A DNA stretch of 45,909 nt from an uncultured Candidatus Bathyarchaeia archaeon. GTDB taxonomy: Archaea > Thermoproteota > Bathyarchaeia > 40CM-2-53-6 > RBG-13-38-9. Positions 35,035 through 44,154 of this stretch are shown here, piece by piece. The notes below the pieces were generated by a model. It was not told the origin of the DNA. It ran no database searches and saw nothing but the letters and a program-made list of their open reading frames with translations. Every line of letters starts with the position of its first letter. Position 1 is the first letter of the stretch. A program made the position numbers and the translations under genes. The stretch lies in the NCBI GenBank assembly GCA_964627775.1, contig CAZVKZ010000001.1, positions 1 through 45,909 on the forward strand, in the 5' to 3' direction.

Positions 35035-36030
35035 ATGAAGAAGCTTGTCGGTCTCGGCATTGAATCCACAGCACATACGTTTGGTGCTGCGATCGCCTCC
35101 AGCGAAGGTTCTATTCACTCTGATGTCAGAGAGGTCTACGTACCAGCCCTCGGAAGGGGAATACATCCAAGCGAAGCTGCCCAATACCACAATACCAAAG
35201 CCCATCGAGTCATTGTTGAGGCATTCAAGAAAGCTGAGACGAAACCGAAAGAGATCGATTTCGTAGCATTCTCATGCGGCCCGGGTCTCGGCCCATGTCT
35301 CCGAGTGGGCGCAACTATCGCCAGGGCTCTCGCAGCATATCTTGACAAACCACTAGTCCCAGTTAATCATGCGTTGGCCCATATCGAAATCGCCTCGCTG
35401 ACCACCGGAGTACATGACCCGTTGGTGGTACTTGTTTCTGGGGGGCATACAGCCATTGCAGCGTACGCCGTCAAGAGGTGGCGTATCTACGGTGAGACTG
35501 AGGACATAACTCTCGGCAATCTATTTGACATGTTTGCCAGAGCCACTGGTTTGGCCACGCCTGGAGGGCCAGAAGTCGAGAGAATGGCAAAGGAAGGAAA
35601 GGAGCTTATAGAACTGCCATATACAGTGAAGGGGAACGACGTAGCATACTCGGGTCTATTGTCAGCTGCACTGCGTGAATACAAGGAGGGAAGACAGCTA
35701 CATGACCTCTGTTTTTCGCTTCAAGAAGTCGCACTCTCCATGATGGCTGAGGCGACTGAGAGGTCCCTTGCACACACAGAGAAGAGAGAGCTTCTACTCA
35801 CAGGCGGGGTTGCCGCCAACAAGAGATTCCAATCCATGCTTGACTCAATCGCGCAAGAACACAATGCAAGATTCTATGCTGTGGACAGAAGATTCAGCGG
35901 CGACTCAGGGGCCCAGATCGCATGGAATGGGATCTTAGCATTCCAAAGCGGAGTCACGGTCGAGATTGAAGATAGCTTAGTGAAACCAAGATGGCGACTT
36001 GACGAAGTTGATGTTGCTTGGAGATCATAG
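35035..36030 (+). CDS. kae1: tRNA N6-adenosine threonylcarbamoyltransferase Kae1
   Basis: 331 aa. LGIESTAHTFG, VNHALAHIE, and the ASKHA fold throughout. Confidence 0.9.
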   Translation: MKKLVGLGIESTAHTFGAAIASSEGSIHSDVREVYVPALGRGIHPSEAAQYHNTKAHRVIVEAFKKAETKPKEIDFVAFSCGPGLGPCLRVGATIARALAAYLDKPLVPVNHALAHIEIASLTTGVHDPLVVLVSGGHTAIAAYAVKRWRIYGETEDITLGNLFDMFARATGLATPGGPEVERMAKEGKELIELPYTVKGNDVAYSGLLSAALREYKEGRQLHDLCFSLQEVALSMMAEATERSLAHTEKRELLLTGGVAANKRFQSMLDSIAQEHNARFYAVDRRFSGDSGAQIAWNGILAFQSGVTVEIEDSLVKPRWRLDEVDVAWRS

Positions 36031-36033
36031 ACG

Positions 36034-36669
36034 ATGACTTACTTCAGGAAGGGCGCTGAGGCAGTCCTCTCACTTGAGGAGTGGTACGGGAAAAGGGTCA
36101 TTTTCAAAAGGCGAGTCCCCAAACCCTATAGACATCCAACGCTCGACCATAAGTTGAGAGTCTCACGAACCGTACGAGAAGCTGAAAACCTTCATGAAGC
36201 CAAGAAGACATCTGTGCCAACCCCCATAGTCTATTTTGTGGATAGAGAAAATGCGACTCTGGTCATGGAATACATAGAGGGAGAGAGAGTCAAGGAGATC
36301 TTGGATCAGCTAAATGTCGAAGAGCGCAGTCATCTTTGCGAACAAATTGGAGTAGAGATTGGTAGGCTGCACAATGCTTCTCTCATACACGGAGACTTGA
36401 CAACCTCTAACATGATCCTTGTTGGTGAAAAGCTATTCCTGATAGACTTCGGCTTGAGTTTTCACTCGCAGAACGAAGAAGACAAGGGAGTTGACCTTCA
36501 CCTGATGAAGCGAGCTCTCAACAGCACTCATTACAGGCACGCACATGAGTCCATGAGAACGATAGTCTCGGGTTACGAGAAGGTTGTGGGAGCTGAGGTT
36601 ACCTCAAAGGTAATGGGTAGGGTCAAAGAGATCGAGTACCGAGGCAGATACTTCAGCGAGAGAGCCTGA
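36034..36669 (+). CDS. bud32: Bud32/PRPK atypical protein kinase (KEOPS subunit)
   Basis: 211 aa. LIHGDLTTSNMIL catalytic loop and IDFGLS. Separate gene 3 nt after kae1. Confidence 0.85.
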   Translation: MTYFRKGAEAVLSLEEWYGKRVIFKRRVPKPYRHPTLDHKLRVSRTVREAENLHEAKKTSVPTPIVYFVDRENATLVMEYIEGERVKEILDQLNVEERSHLCEQIGVEIGRLHNASLIHGDLTTSNMILVGEKLFLIDFGLSFHSQNEEDKGVDLHLMKRALNSTHYRHAHESMRTIVSGYEKVVGAEVTSKVMGRVKEIEYRGRYFSERA

Positions 36670-37252
36670 GAAAGCCGTTCCGCCCGCGCTTGTTGAACCA
36701 AGCTGCAAACCTCTCGAGTGCTGCACTTCTATGCGAGAGCCTCTGCTTAGCTTCAGTACCCATCTTGGCGTAGGTCTTGTCTGAGCCCTCGGGAATGAAG
36801 ATCGGATCGAACCCCCATCCCTCACCTTTGGCCTCCAAGCTTATGCTTCCTTCCACGACTCCACGAAAGACAGCTATATCATGGATAGACTCAGCGTAAG
36901 CAACAACAGACTCAAACCTTGAGGCTCTCTGCTGAACCGCCTCCATAAGCTTCAGGACTCCAGAGTTACCTATGGTTTTGTAGACGTAGGAAGAATATGG
37001 CCCTGGAAACCCGCTCAAGGCACCGATGAAAAGGCCAGCATCTTCGATAAAGAATGGTCGACTGACTCTTTCACAAAGATACCTAGCGCTCGCCAAAGCT
37101 ATTTCATGTAGGGAACTTGCTTGGATCTCTTGGTACTCCAGGTCCAGGTGTTCAAACTCAATGCCATATTCCTTCAGAATCTTTCTGACTTCCTTGACTT
37201 TGTTCGGATTGCTAGTGACAAAGACTAGGTCTGGAAGAGAATGCCCCGTCAT
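36653..37252 (-). CDS. Non-canonical purine NTP pyrophosphatase (ITPase, HAM1/RdgB family)
   Basis: 199 aa. VTSNPNKVKEV..., FIEDAGLFI, GWGFDPIFIPEG. 17-nt convergent overlap with bud32. Confidence 0.85.
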   Translation of the reverse strand: MTGHSLPDLVFVTSNPNKVKEVRKILKEYGIEFEHLDLEYQEIQASSLHEIALASARYLCERVSRPFFIEDAGLFIGALSGFPGPYSSYVYKTIGNSGVLKLMEAVQQRASRFESVVAYAESIHDIAVFRGVVEGSISLEAKGEGWGFDPIFIPEGSDKTYAKMGTEAKQRLSHRSAALERFAAWFNKRGRNGFLRLSR

Positions 37253-37502
37253 AGGCTTCAGCCATCGCTCCAGTACTCTCTATGAACACTACAAAACCGC
37301 TACCCAACCAATATGTCTATTGCAAAACCTCTATCGACTTCAAATCTAGGCTAGTTCCCAACCTGAAGATTCTTGAAGTTACAGACCGTAGGCCAATCAA
37401 TCACACTTTGCACTGCACCATATCTAGAGGTTGAGTGCGGCCCACTTAATCTGAGGAAAGCGGTTTTATAGCAGCTTAGACAAACGATACAAAAGATGTG
37501 CA

Positions 37503-37742
37503 ATGATATCTGCATGCGTCTTGATACGTACTGAACGAGGTAGGTTCGACGAGGTCGTGGACCGAATGAAACAATTCAAGGAGACGAGAAATGTGATGGC
37601 GGTCCTAGGCAGATATGACGTAGTCGTGGACATCGAGGTTTCTGACTATGATAGTCTTGGGGCTGTAGTGATGAAGATGGGAAAAATCGGCGGTGTCGTG
37701 TTTACTGAGACACTGCCAGAGATGAAGATTGCAGGTGTGTAA
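37503..37742 (+). CDS. Stand-alone RAM (Lrp/AsnC ligand-binding) domain protein
   Basis: 79 aa. ACVLIRT...VLGRYDVVVDIEV...GVVFTETL. No HTH. Confidence 0.7.
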   Translation: MISACVLIRTERGRFDEVVDRMKQFKETRNVMAVLGRYDVVVDIEVSDYDSLGAVVMKMGKIGGVVFTETLPEMKIAGV

Positions 37743-37744
37743 CT

Positions 37745-37969
37745 ATGCTGAATGCCTGTGTCCTAATAAAGACTATACCAACGAGAATCCAAGACACTCT
37801 CTCAGAAGTGAAGAAGTTCAAGCAGGTCAGAAAGGCATACATGGTATACGGCCGATGGGATGTCGTTGCCCTGATGGAGGTCTCGGAATACAGAGAACTC
37901 AAAGCTATCACAGCCCAGATAAATGCGATGAAGGGCGTAAGAAGTACAGAGACGCTCGCAAGCACCTGA
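37745..37969 (+). CDS. Stand-alone RAM domain protein, tandem paralog
   Basis: 74 aa. ACVLIKT...VYGRWDVVALMEV...GVRSTETL. Starts 2 nt after the preceding gene. Confidence 0.7.
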   Translation: MLNACVLIKTIPTRIQDTLSEVKKFKQVRKAYMVYGRWDVVALMEVSEYRELKAITAQINAMKGVRSTETLAST

Positions 37970-38001
37970 TCCGGCTAGCATAACTTGAACCAAGACTGCC
38001 A

Positions 38002-39066
38002 TCAGGATATAACTTTAGATCTCTTAGCGAGCCGCTCAGCCTGACTGGTCGTAAGGCCTCTCTCACCAAATACTGTGTATCTTTCTGGCCTGACTTTGTG
38101 AACCATTGTGAGGGCCTCTACGATATAGTGATCGTCAATACCTAGCTCAACAGAGTTTGTGGGGGCACCGATCTTTCTCAAGACATCCCTGAGCAGCCTC
38201 CAGTTGGCCTTGTGGAGGTAGGCGCTCATTATTGCACCTATGCCACACTGCTCCCCATGCAGCGCCGGCTTGGGCGCTATCATGGAGAGGGCATGACTGA
38301 ACATATGCTCAGATCCACTGCAAGGTCTGCTGCTGCCGGCTATGCTCATGGCGACGCCGCAACTTATCAGCGCCTCGACGACAGTTCTTACGGAGCCTTC
38401 ACTGAGGGCAGGTATAGTTGGGGCGTTTCGCATAACCAGCCTTGCGCTCATGAGTGCTAATTCAGCCGCGTAATCACCATAGTATTCTCCTTTGATCTTG
38501 TGGGCTAATCTCCAATCCCTCACGGCAGTGTATTTGCCTATGATGTCTCCGCAGCCGCTGGCTATCAATCTGTATGGTGACTGTGAGATCACTGATGTGT
38601 CGGCAAGTATAGCAATGGGCGCCTGACCCCTTAGGGAGTACGGTTTGTCGAGTCCCTTGATCGATGCGTGTGAACTTGCTATTCCATCGTGAGAGGCCGT
38701 GGTGGGGACGCTTATGAAGGGTATCTTCCGATTGGCTGAAGACAGCTTGGCAACATCGATATCCTTGCCTCCGCCAAGACCTATGACGACAGAAGGCTGA
38801 TCTCTGTCAATCCTTTCCTCTGCCGACCTAACGTAATTCATGGTCGAGTCCTTGACAACCATGTAGGTTGCAGATATGGAGACGTCTTTGAGTGCGGTAG
38901 CCACCTCTCCCTTGGCCAGCTCTATCATCTTTGGACCAGTCACTACCAGGGCTCTGTCGGCGAAGCCAAGCTTTCTGCTCACTTCGCCGACCGATCCAAT
39001 GATGCCAGCTCCAATCATCACCTCACGAGGAAGCTGCATATAGTGGAGGCGCAAGTGGCTAACCAC
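38002..39066 (-). CDS. egsA: sn-glycerol-1-phosphate dehydrogenase
   Basis: 354 aa iron/zinc alcohol-dehydrogenase-like fold. GLGGGKDIDVAK and SGSEHMFSHAL metal-ligand region. Confidence 0.85.
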   Translation of the reverse strand: MVSHLRLHYMQLPREVMIGAGIIGSVGEVSRKLGFADRALVVTGPKMIELAKGEVATALKDVSISATYMVVKDSTMNYVRSAEERIDRDQPSVVIGLGGGKDIDVAKLSSANRKIPFISVPTTASHDGIASSHASIKGLDKPYSLRGQAPIAILADTSVISQSPYRLIASGCGDIIGKYTAVRDWRLAHKIKGEYYGDYAAELALMSARLVMRNAPTIPALSEGSVRTVVEALISCGVAMSIAGSSRPCSGSEHMFSHALSMIAPKPALHGEQCGIGAIMSAYLHKANWRLLRDVLRKIGAPTNSVELGIDDHYIVEALTMVHKVRPERYTVFGERGLTTSQAERLAKRSKVIS

Positions 39067-40876
39067 TCCAGCTTAGTAGTGCAAGCCCTATGATATTAGA
39101 CGTCAGGAATAGTACCAGCATATATTTCGCTACTAGTTTCGCGACCCCGTACAGGAAAGACATTAACCTCTCGAGCGATTCTGAACCTAGACTCTTCACT
39201 TCGACGCTCCCAGAAGACGATAAGACACTGACCTCCTCGAGGCTCTCTTTGGCTCTCTCAACAGCGTCCCTTACTAGCTTGACTATGATGTCTTGATCAA
39301 CAGCTTCTCCGAGGGGGTAGTAGCCAAGTCTCGCAGGAACTAGTCCATTGACCATGTGAGTATCGGTGGTCATGATCTCGCCACCACCAACACCAATCTC
39401 CTCCAATGAGTGGAGAATCTTCTCCCTCAGACCCAGCGCCATGTTGTTCGCATCTATGGTCACATAGGCTGTGAGCTGACCGGAGGCCCTTATCACAAAG
39501 GCACTTATCCCGCCAGGGCCGCCTCCCTGTTCGGGACCGAAGTCTAGGATGCCGCGCGACGCACCTACTTCAAGGTTCATAAGTCCAGATCCGCGAGATG
39601 ATTCAATGGCTTCAGAGGCTGCCAGCTTCAGATCAGCTATCTCCTCCTCAGTGAACATCCTTGCTTCAGCTATGCAATTATGTGAATCAACTATCGCCAC
39701 ATGCTTGAACCTCTTCTTGGCAACATTCTCCAGTTCTTTTCCAAGATGGAATGGGATGTCTTCCATATCCTTCGGGGACTGAGTTAGTGTGAGTAATAGG
39801 CACTTCCCAAAAACCTGAGCGCCAACCTTCGCTGATCCCGCCTCAAAACGCTTGAAAGGCGATCCACCTTCTCTCACATCATACTCTTGCATCAATGACT
39901 TAATGGCTGATAGCACTCTTGCATTCTGAGCCTGCGATACCAAGTTGAGTTCATGTCCGGAAACGCCATGAGGAACGGCTGCAATGAGGCCGTCCTCCTC
40001 AAGGCTTGTTTGGATCAAATGTGGAAGTGGACTGCTCCCAACATTTAGGAAAGGACCCGGGTGGAAATCCGAGATGACTAGTAAGCCTTTGGGCTCGCCT
40101 GTCTTCTTTGAGTTGAACTGTATAAGAGTCAGCTCGACTTCGCTCTTGGCACCGATTTCCTCCAGAAACTTTTCGAACATTTCATTCTTCCGATTGAGCC
40201 AGTCGACTAGGAACGCCTTGAATATTCGTAGCGGTGACGCCTTGATCAGTTCTCTCCCCTTGAGCTCGACGGATCTCAACAACAGGACTAATGGTACAAG
40301 TGAGAGTGCAGTTGCGGCAGACAGAGTCGTCGCCAGGAGGGTCGCATCAAGGTTGAAAAGTAAAGTGGCTGCGAAGCAAGATGCCAAAGGCTGAAGAAAT
40401 GAGAAGATAATCTTGTTCGCCATCTTCTTTGAGGACATTGAAAAAACGGCAAGAAATCGTAAAGGGAGAACTGTGAATAAAGCCAGGTAGAATGGCTGTT
40501 GCGGAAAATCGACAATCCTCACGGCACTGCCGATGATTCCTCCCAAGCCCAGTATTAGAGTCCACATGACGCAGGAGAATAGAGACAAGGCAAGACATCT
40601 CCTAAGGTAGAATAGGGGGTCGTCTTTGAGAAGCAAGGCCGCTGAGACCGCGTCTGCCAGAATAGCAGGCATGAAGAGAACTAGGAAACCAAATACCAGG
40701 CCTCGGCCGGCGGCCTCCAAGGTAGGGCTGGCAAAAACGAATGCCAACACAGATCCGATGAGGTCGACGCTGAGGAGCAGAGCAATAACCCTTAACATCG
40801 ACGGAAAGGCTAGCGTTCGGACCAGTTTGTAATAGGGCAGCATCTTTCCTGTGAAAAGAAAGCTACGATGATGCAA
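39059..40876 (-). CDS. Large polytopic membrane protein of unknown function (size and architecture reminiscent of archaeal DUF2070; unverified)
   Basis: 605 aa. About 6 N-terminal TM helices, a ~330-aa soluble region, and one C-terminal TM helix. The 3' end overlaps the egsA start by 8 nt. Confidence 0.6.
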   Translation of the reverse strand: MHHRSFLFTGKMLPYYKLVRTLAFPSMLRVIALLLSVDLIGSVLAFVFASPTLEAAGRGLVFGFLVLFMPAILADAVSAALLLKDDPLFYLRRCLALSLFSCVMWTLILGLGGIIGSAVRIVDFPQQPFYLALFTVLPLRFLAVFSMSSKKMANKIIFSFLQPLASCFAATLLFNLDATLLATTLSAATALSLVPLVLLLRSVELKGRELIKASPLRIFKAFLVDWLNRKNEMFEKFLEEIGAKSEVELTLIQFNSKKTGEPKGLLVISDFHPGPFLNVGSSPLPHLIQTSLEEDGLIAAVPHGVSGHELNLVSQAQNARVLSAIKSLMQEYDVREGGSPFKRFEAGSAKVGAQVFGKCLLLTLTQSPKDMEDIPFHLGKELENVAKKRFKHVAIVDSHNCIAEARMFTEEEIADLKLAASEAIESSRGSGLMNLEVGASRGILDFGPEQGGGPGGISAFVIRASGQLTAYVTIDANNMALGLREKILHSLEEIGVGGGEIMTTDTHMVNGLVPARLGYYPLGEAVDQDIIVKLVRDAVERAKESLEEVSVLSSSGSVEVKSLGSESLERLMSFLYGVAKLVAKYMLVLFLTSNIIGLALLSWSG

Positions 40877-40893
40877 CGAGTGGAACCTCTAGA

Positions 40894-41679
40894 TCAGCTT
40901 GGCCTTCTGCGCATTGCTGCGATCAGTTTCTCAGTATTCTCGATGGAATCCTGCTCGATTATGGTTCCGGTGACAATGGCATCGGCACCAGCCTCAGCTA
41001 TCTGCTTGGCTTGTTCAGGCTTTCTTATTCCTCCGCCAACAATGAGTTTGACACTGATGGACTTCCTCACATGCTCAACCATCTCCAGTGGGACCGGCTT
41101 ATCTGATCCTGAGCCGGCTTCAAGGTATACAAAACGCATGCCGAGGTATTCTGCTGCGAGCGCGTACATGGATGCAAGTTCAGGTTTGTCCGCGGGTATT
41201 GGCATAGCTTGACCCACAAATCCCGCGGCGCCAGGGCTTGCGCCGACTATGAGGTACCCCATGGAAAGCGTCTCCAAACCGTAGCGTTTTATCAGCGGAG
41301 CGCCTAGCGCCTGTGCACCTGTTATGTAGTATGGGTTAGATGAGTTCATCAACGTTGAGAAGAAGATGGCGTCCGCATACTCACTTATTCCTGCTACGCC
41401 ATTTGGAAAGAGTATCGTTGGAAGTTCTGTACTTTTCTTGATCTCCTTTACAACTTCATCGAGGTCACGCTGGGACACTACGGTGCTTCCCCCGATCATG
41501 ATCGCTGTCGAACCGAGATCATCAAGCTTGCGGGCTAGCCGTCCAACGATTTCAGTCGTAACGTTTTGTGGGTCGATCAACGAAAGATGTATCGTCCCTT
41601 TCCGTGCGACAGCATCTGTAAGGTACTTTTCTACTTTGCCAACCATAACTTGCCTCATCCTACGGTTCTCTTTTCTCAA
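40894..41679 (-). CDS. Geranylgeranylglyceryl phosphate synthase (PcrB family)
   Basis: 261 aa. TIHLSLIDP, IMIGGST, YLEAGSG, LIVGGGIR. The real start may be a downstream Met (41658). Confidence 0.85.
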   Translation of the reverse strand: MRKENRRMRQVMVGKVEKYLTDAVARKGTIHLSLIDPQNVTTEIVGRLARKLDDLGSTAIMIGGSTVVSQRDLDEVVKEIKKSTELPTILFPNGVAGISEYADAIFFSTLMNSSNPYYITGAQALGAPLIKRYGLETLSMGYLIVGASPGAAGFVGQAMPIPADKPELASMYALAAEYLGMRFVYLEAGSGSDKPVPLEMVEHVRKSISVKLIVGGGIRKPEQAKQIAEAGADAIVTGTIIEQDSIENTEKLIAAMRRRPS

Positions 41680-41924
41680 CTACTAGTGCTCTAGGAATTC
41701 TATGACACATATATTACTGTACCCACTAACTCAAGATTTGAAGGCCCCTATTCGACACACCTATCAATCTATTGCTGGGGAGGGTGCTGTTTTCAGCCTC
41801 TCCTTGACGACCTTGGACGTCTTTGAATCAACTTTTTAGGGCCAGCCTACCCTTTATTGGGGCCAAAGCGCAAGTTTACGCGACCGTTTTGGCGATAGAA
41901 TCGGCCTCAGTCTAGGTTTTCATA

Positions 41925-42782
41925 ATGATTTGGCTTTCGAAAATTGTTGCGATCATGAGGATTGTCAGACCTGTCAACTGCCTCATGATAGGTTTTGCAG
42001 TAGTGATTGGTGAGTTCATTGCACTGGGCGAACTCCCCGGGCTGCGTGAGTCCTTTCTGGGATTCGCTACAGCCTCCACCATGATGGCTGGGACCATGGC
42101 AGTGAATGATTACTATGACATTGAGATAGATAGGATCAACAGACCCGAGAGGCCATTGCCTTCAGGCATTTTGACACCACAAAGCGCAATTGCTCTGGGG
42201 TTGGGTTCCTGCGCAGTCGGGCTGGCAGCTGCTGCTCAGCTCAACATTGGCAGCTTGACCATAGCGATCCTTGCTCTCTGCCTGATGCTGTACTACAACA
42301 CTCTCGGGAAGAGGACCGGCTTCTTCGGAAACATAGTGGTGAGCATATGCATTGGCCTTCCATTCATATTTGGGGGTGCTGCTGCTGCGAAGATAACTAA
42401 TGTCTTGGTCTTTTTCGCCTTAATGGCTTTCACCGCCAACCTCGGTAGAGAGGTAACAAAGGGAATAATGGATGTAGACGGTGACCGTTCAAGGATGATC
42501 AGAACGGTCGCGGTTGCTTGCGGCTCCGAAAAGGCATCAAAACTCGCTGCTGCAATCTATCTGACTAGTGTCGGATTGAGCCTCGCGCCACCGATACTTG
42601 GGCTCGTGGGGCCGGGCTATCTCGCGCCAGTCTCAGTCTCAGATGCTGGATTTGTAGCCGTGAGTATTTCTCTTATTAGGAGATGGGATCGGGAGAACGC
42701 CAGAAGGGTCAAGAATTATGTTTTAGTCTGGATGTTTGTCGGTCTCCTCGCTTTTGTGGCAGGTAGCATCAGAGGGTTCTAG
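41925..42782 (+). CDS. Digeranylgeranylglyceryl phosphate synthase (UbiA prenyltransferase)
   Basis: 285 aa, 8-9 TM helices. NDYYDIEIDRINRPERPLPSG and a second Asp-rich region, KGIMDVDGD. Confidence 0.8.
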   Translation: MIWLSKIVAIMRIVRPVNCLMIGFAVVIGEFIALGELPGLRESFLGFATASTMMAGTMAVNDYYDIEIDRINRPERPLPSGILTPQSAIALGLGSCAVGLAAAAQLNIGSLTIAILALCLMLYYNTLGKRTGFFGNIVVSICIGLPFIFGGAAAAKITNVLVFFALMAFTANLGREVTKGIMDVDGDRSRMIRTVAVACGSEKASKLAAAIYLTSVGLSLAPPILGLVGPGYLAPVSVSDAGFVAVSISLIRRWDRENARRVKNYVLVWMFVGLLAFVAGSIRGF

Positions 42783-42809
42783 AGAGCTCTAACAGGTTCA
42801 TGACCCGAG

Positions 42810-44087
42810 CTATTGTCTTTGGCTTAGTCCTTCGAGAAGCTCCTTGGCTCTGTCCATCCTGACCCGGCGTTCCTTGACCATGATATCTGCAGCCTTATCC
42901 ACCATTTCACCTGTTGCACCTGCCATGATCGCTATGTTTCTGGCATGAAGCGTCATGTGACCCCTCTGTATGCCCTCGGTTACGAGCGCTCTGAGAGCAG
43001 CCAGATTCTGAGCCAGACCAACCGACGCGATAACTTGGGCAAGCTCCGTTGCTGTCCTCACTCCGAGGATCTTGATCGCTATCTTAGCTATTGGATGGGT
43101 GGCTGTAGCACCCCCGATAAGTCCAACGGCCATCGGAACCTCGATAGTGCCTACGAGATCTCCTTCCTGATTCTTCTCCCACGTAGTCAGAGGCCTGTAA
43201 CTGCCGTGAAATGCTGCGTAGCTGTGTGCTCCTGCCTCAACAGCCCTTGTGTCATTTCCTGTAGCCAGCACAACTGCTGTTATACCGTTCATTACCCCCT
43301 TGTTGTGGGTTGCACAACGGTATGGGTCTGCCAGCGCAAACGCGTAGGCGTTCACTACTCCGTCCACGACGTCCGCTCCGCCTAGAGAGGATTTTGTGAA
43401 GGTCGCCTTGGCGCGAGCGAGCCTCTCGGTTGCTAGGTTAGAGATTATTCTCAGCCGCACTTTCCCTCCAGACACATCCTCGATTAGGGGGGCCACGGCC
43501 TCAGCCATTGTGTTGACAGCGTTGGCGCCCATCGCATCTCTGCAGTCCACCAGAAGCTCGACGATGACCATTTCTCCAGCCATTGTATGTAGCACTTTAC
43601 ATCGAAGGTCCTTGGCTCCTCCACCTTTGGAGACGAGGACCGGATCCTGTTCGTTCGCCTTTCTCAATACCTCGTCTTTTCTTGACAGCAGGGTCATTCT
43701 GGCTCCGTAAGGGTCTGGGACGCCGAGAACCTGTATTTGTCCGATCATAACTGGTGGCGTTGCACTGGCTGTAAAACCACCTTTGGGCCTAGCCATCTTT
43801 GCCGCGTTACTGGCTGCTGCTACGACGGAGGGCTCTTCGATGGCCATTGGAATGAGGTAATCCTTTCCATTTATGAGGAAATTGGTGGCAATCCCAAGGG
43901 TTACCGGTATTGCTCCAACTACGTTCTCTATCATACGGTTTGCAAGGTTAATATCAAGTGGACCTGTCATCTGAAGTGCTTGCGCCTCCTCATCGCTGAG
44001 AGAGGCAAAATCCTTGACAAGTCTGAGCCTTTCAGCTGGTGACAGGTTATAGAACCCTGAGAGCTGTGAGCTAGGCATCGGTCTCAC
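42810..44087 (-). CDS. hmgA: HMG-CoA reductase, class II-like
   Basis: 425 aa. End-to-end collinear with my recollection of Pseudomonas mevalonii class II HMGR (MIENV.G, EEPS.VAAAS, DAMGAN.VNTMAEAVAPL, ATHNKG.MNGI, GATGND.RAVEAGAH, GLAQNL.A.RAL.TEGIQRGHM.LHARN). Confidence 0.85.
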   Translation of the reverse strand: MRPMPSSQLSGFYNLSPAERLRLVKDFASLSDEEAQALQMTGPLDINLANRMIENVVGAIPVTLGIATNFLINGKDYLIPMAIEEPSVVAAASNAAKMARPKGGFTASATPPVMIGQIQVLGVPDPYGARMTLLSRKDEVLRKANEQDPVLVSKGGGAKDLRCKVLHTMAGEMVIVELLVDCRDAMGANAVNTMAEAVAPLIEDVSGGKVRLRIISNLATERLARAKATFTKSSLGGADVVDGVVNAYAFALADPYRCATHNKGVMNGITAVVLATGNDTRAVEAGAHSYAAFHGSYRPLTTWEKNQEGDLVGTIEVPMAVGLIGGATATHPIAKIAIKILGVRTATELAQVIASVGLAQNLAALRALVTEGIQRGHMTLHARNIAIMAGATGEMVDKAADIMVKERRVRMDRAKELLEGLSQRQ

Positions 44088-44154
44088 TTTTTGCGCTATC
44101 TAGTGAAGACGGGTTCACTAATAAATGAGATAGCCCCTGTCGGAGATTGTTCCA

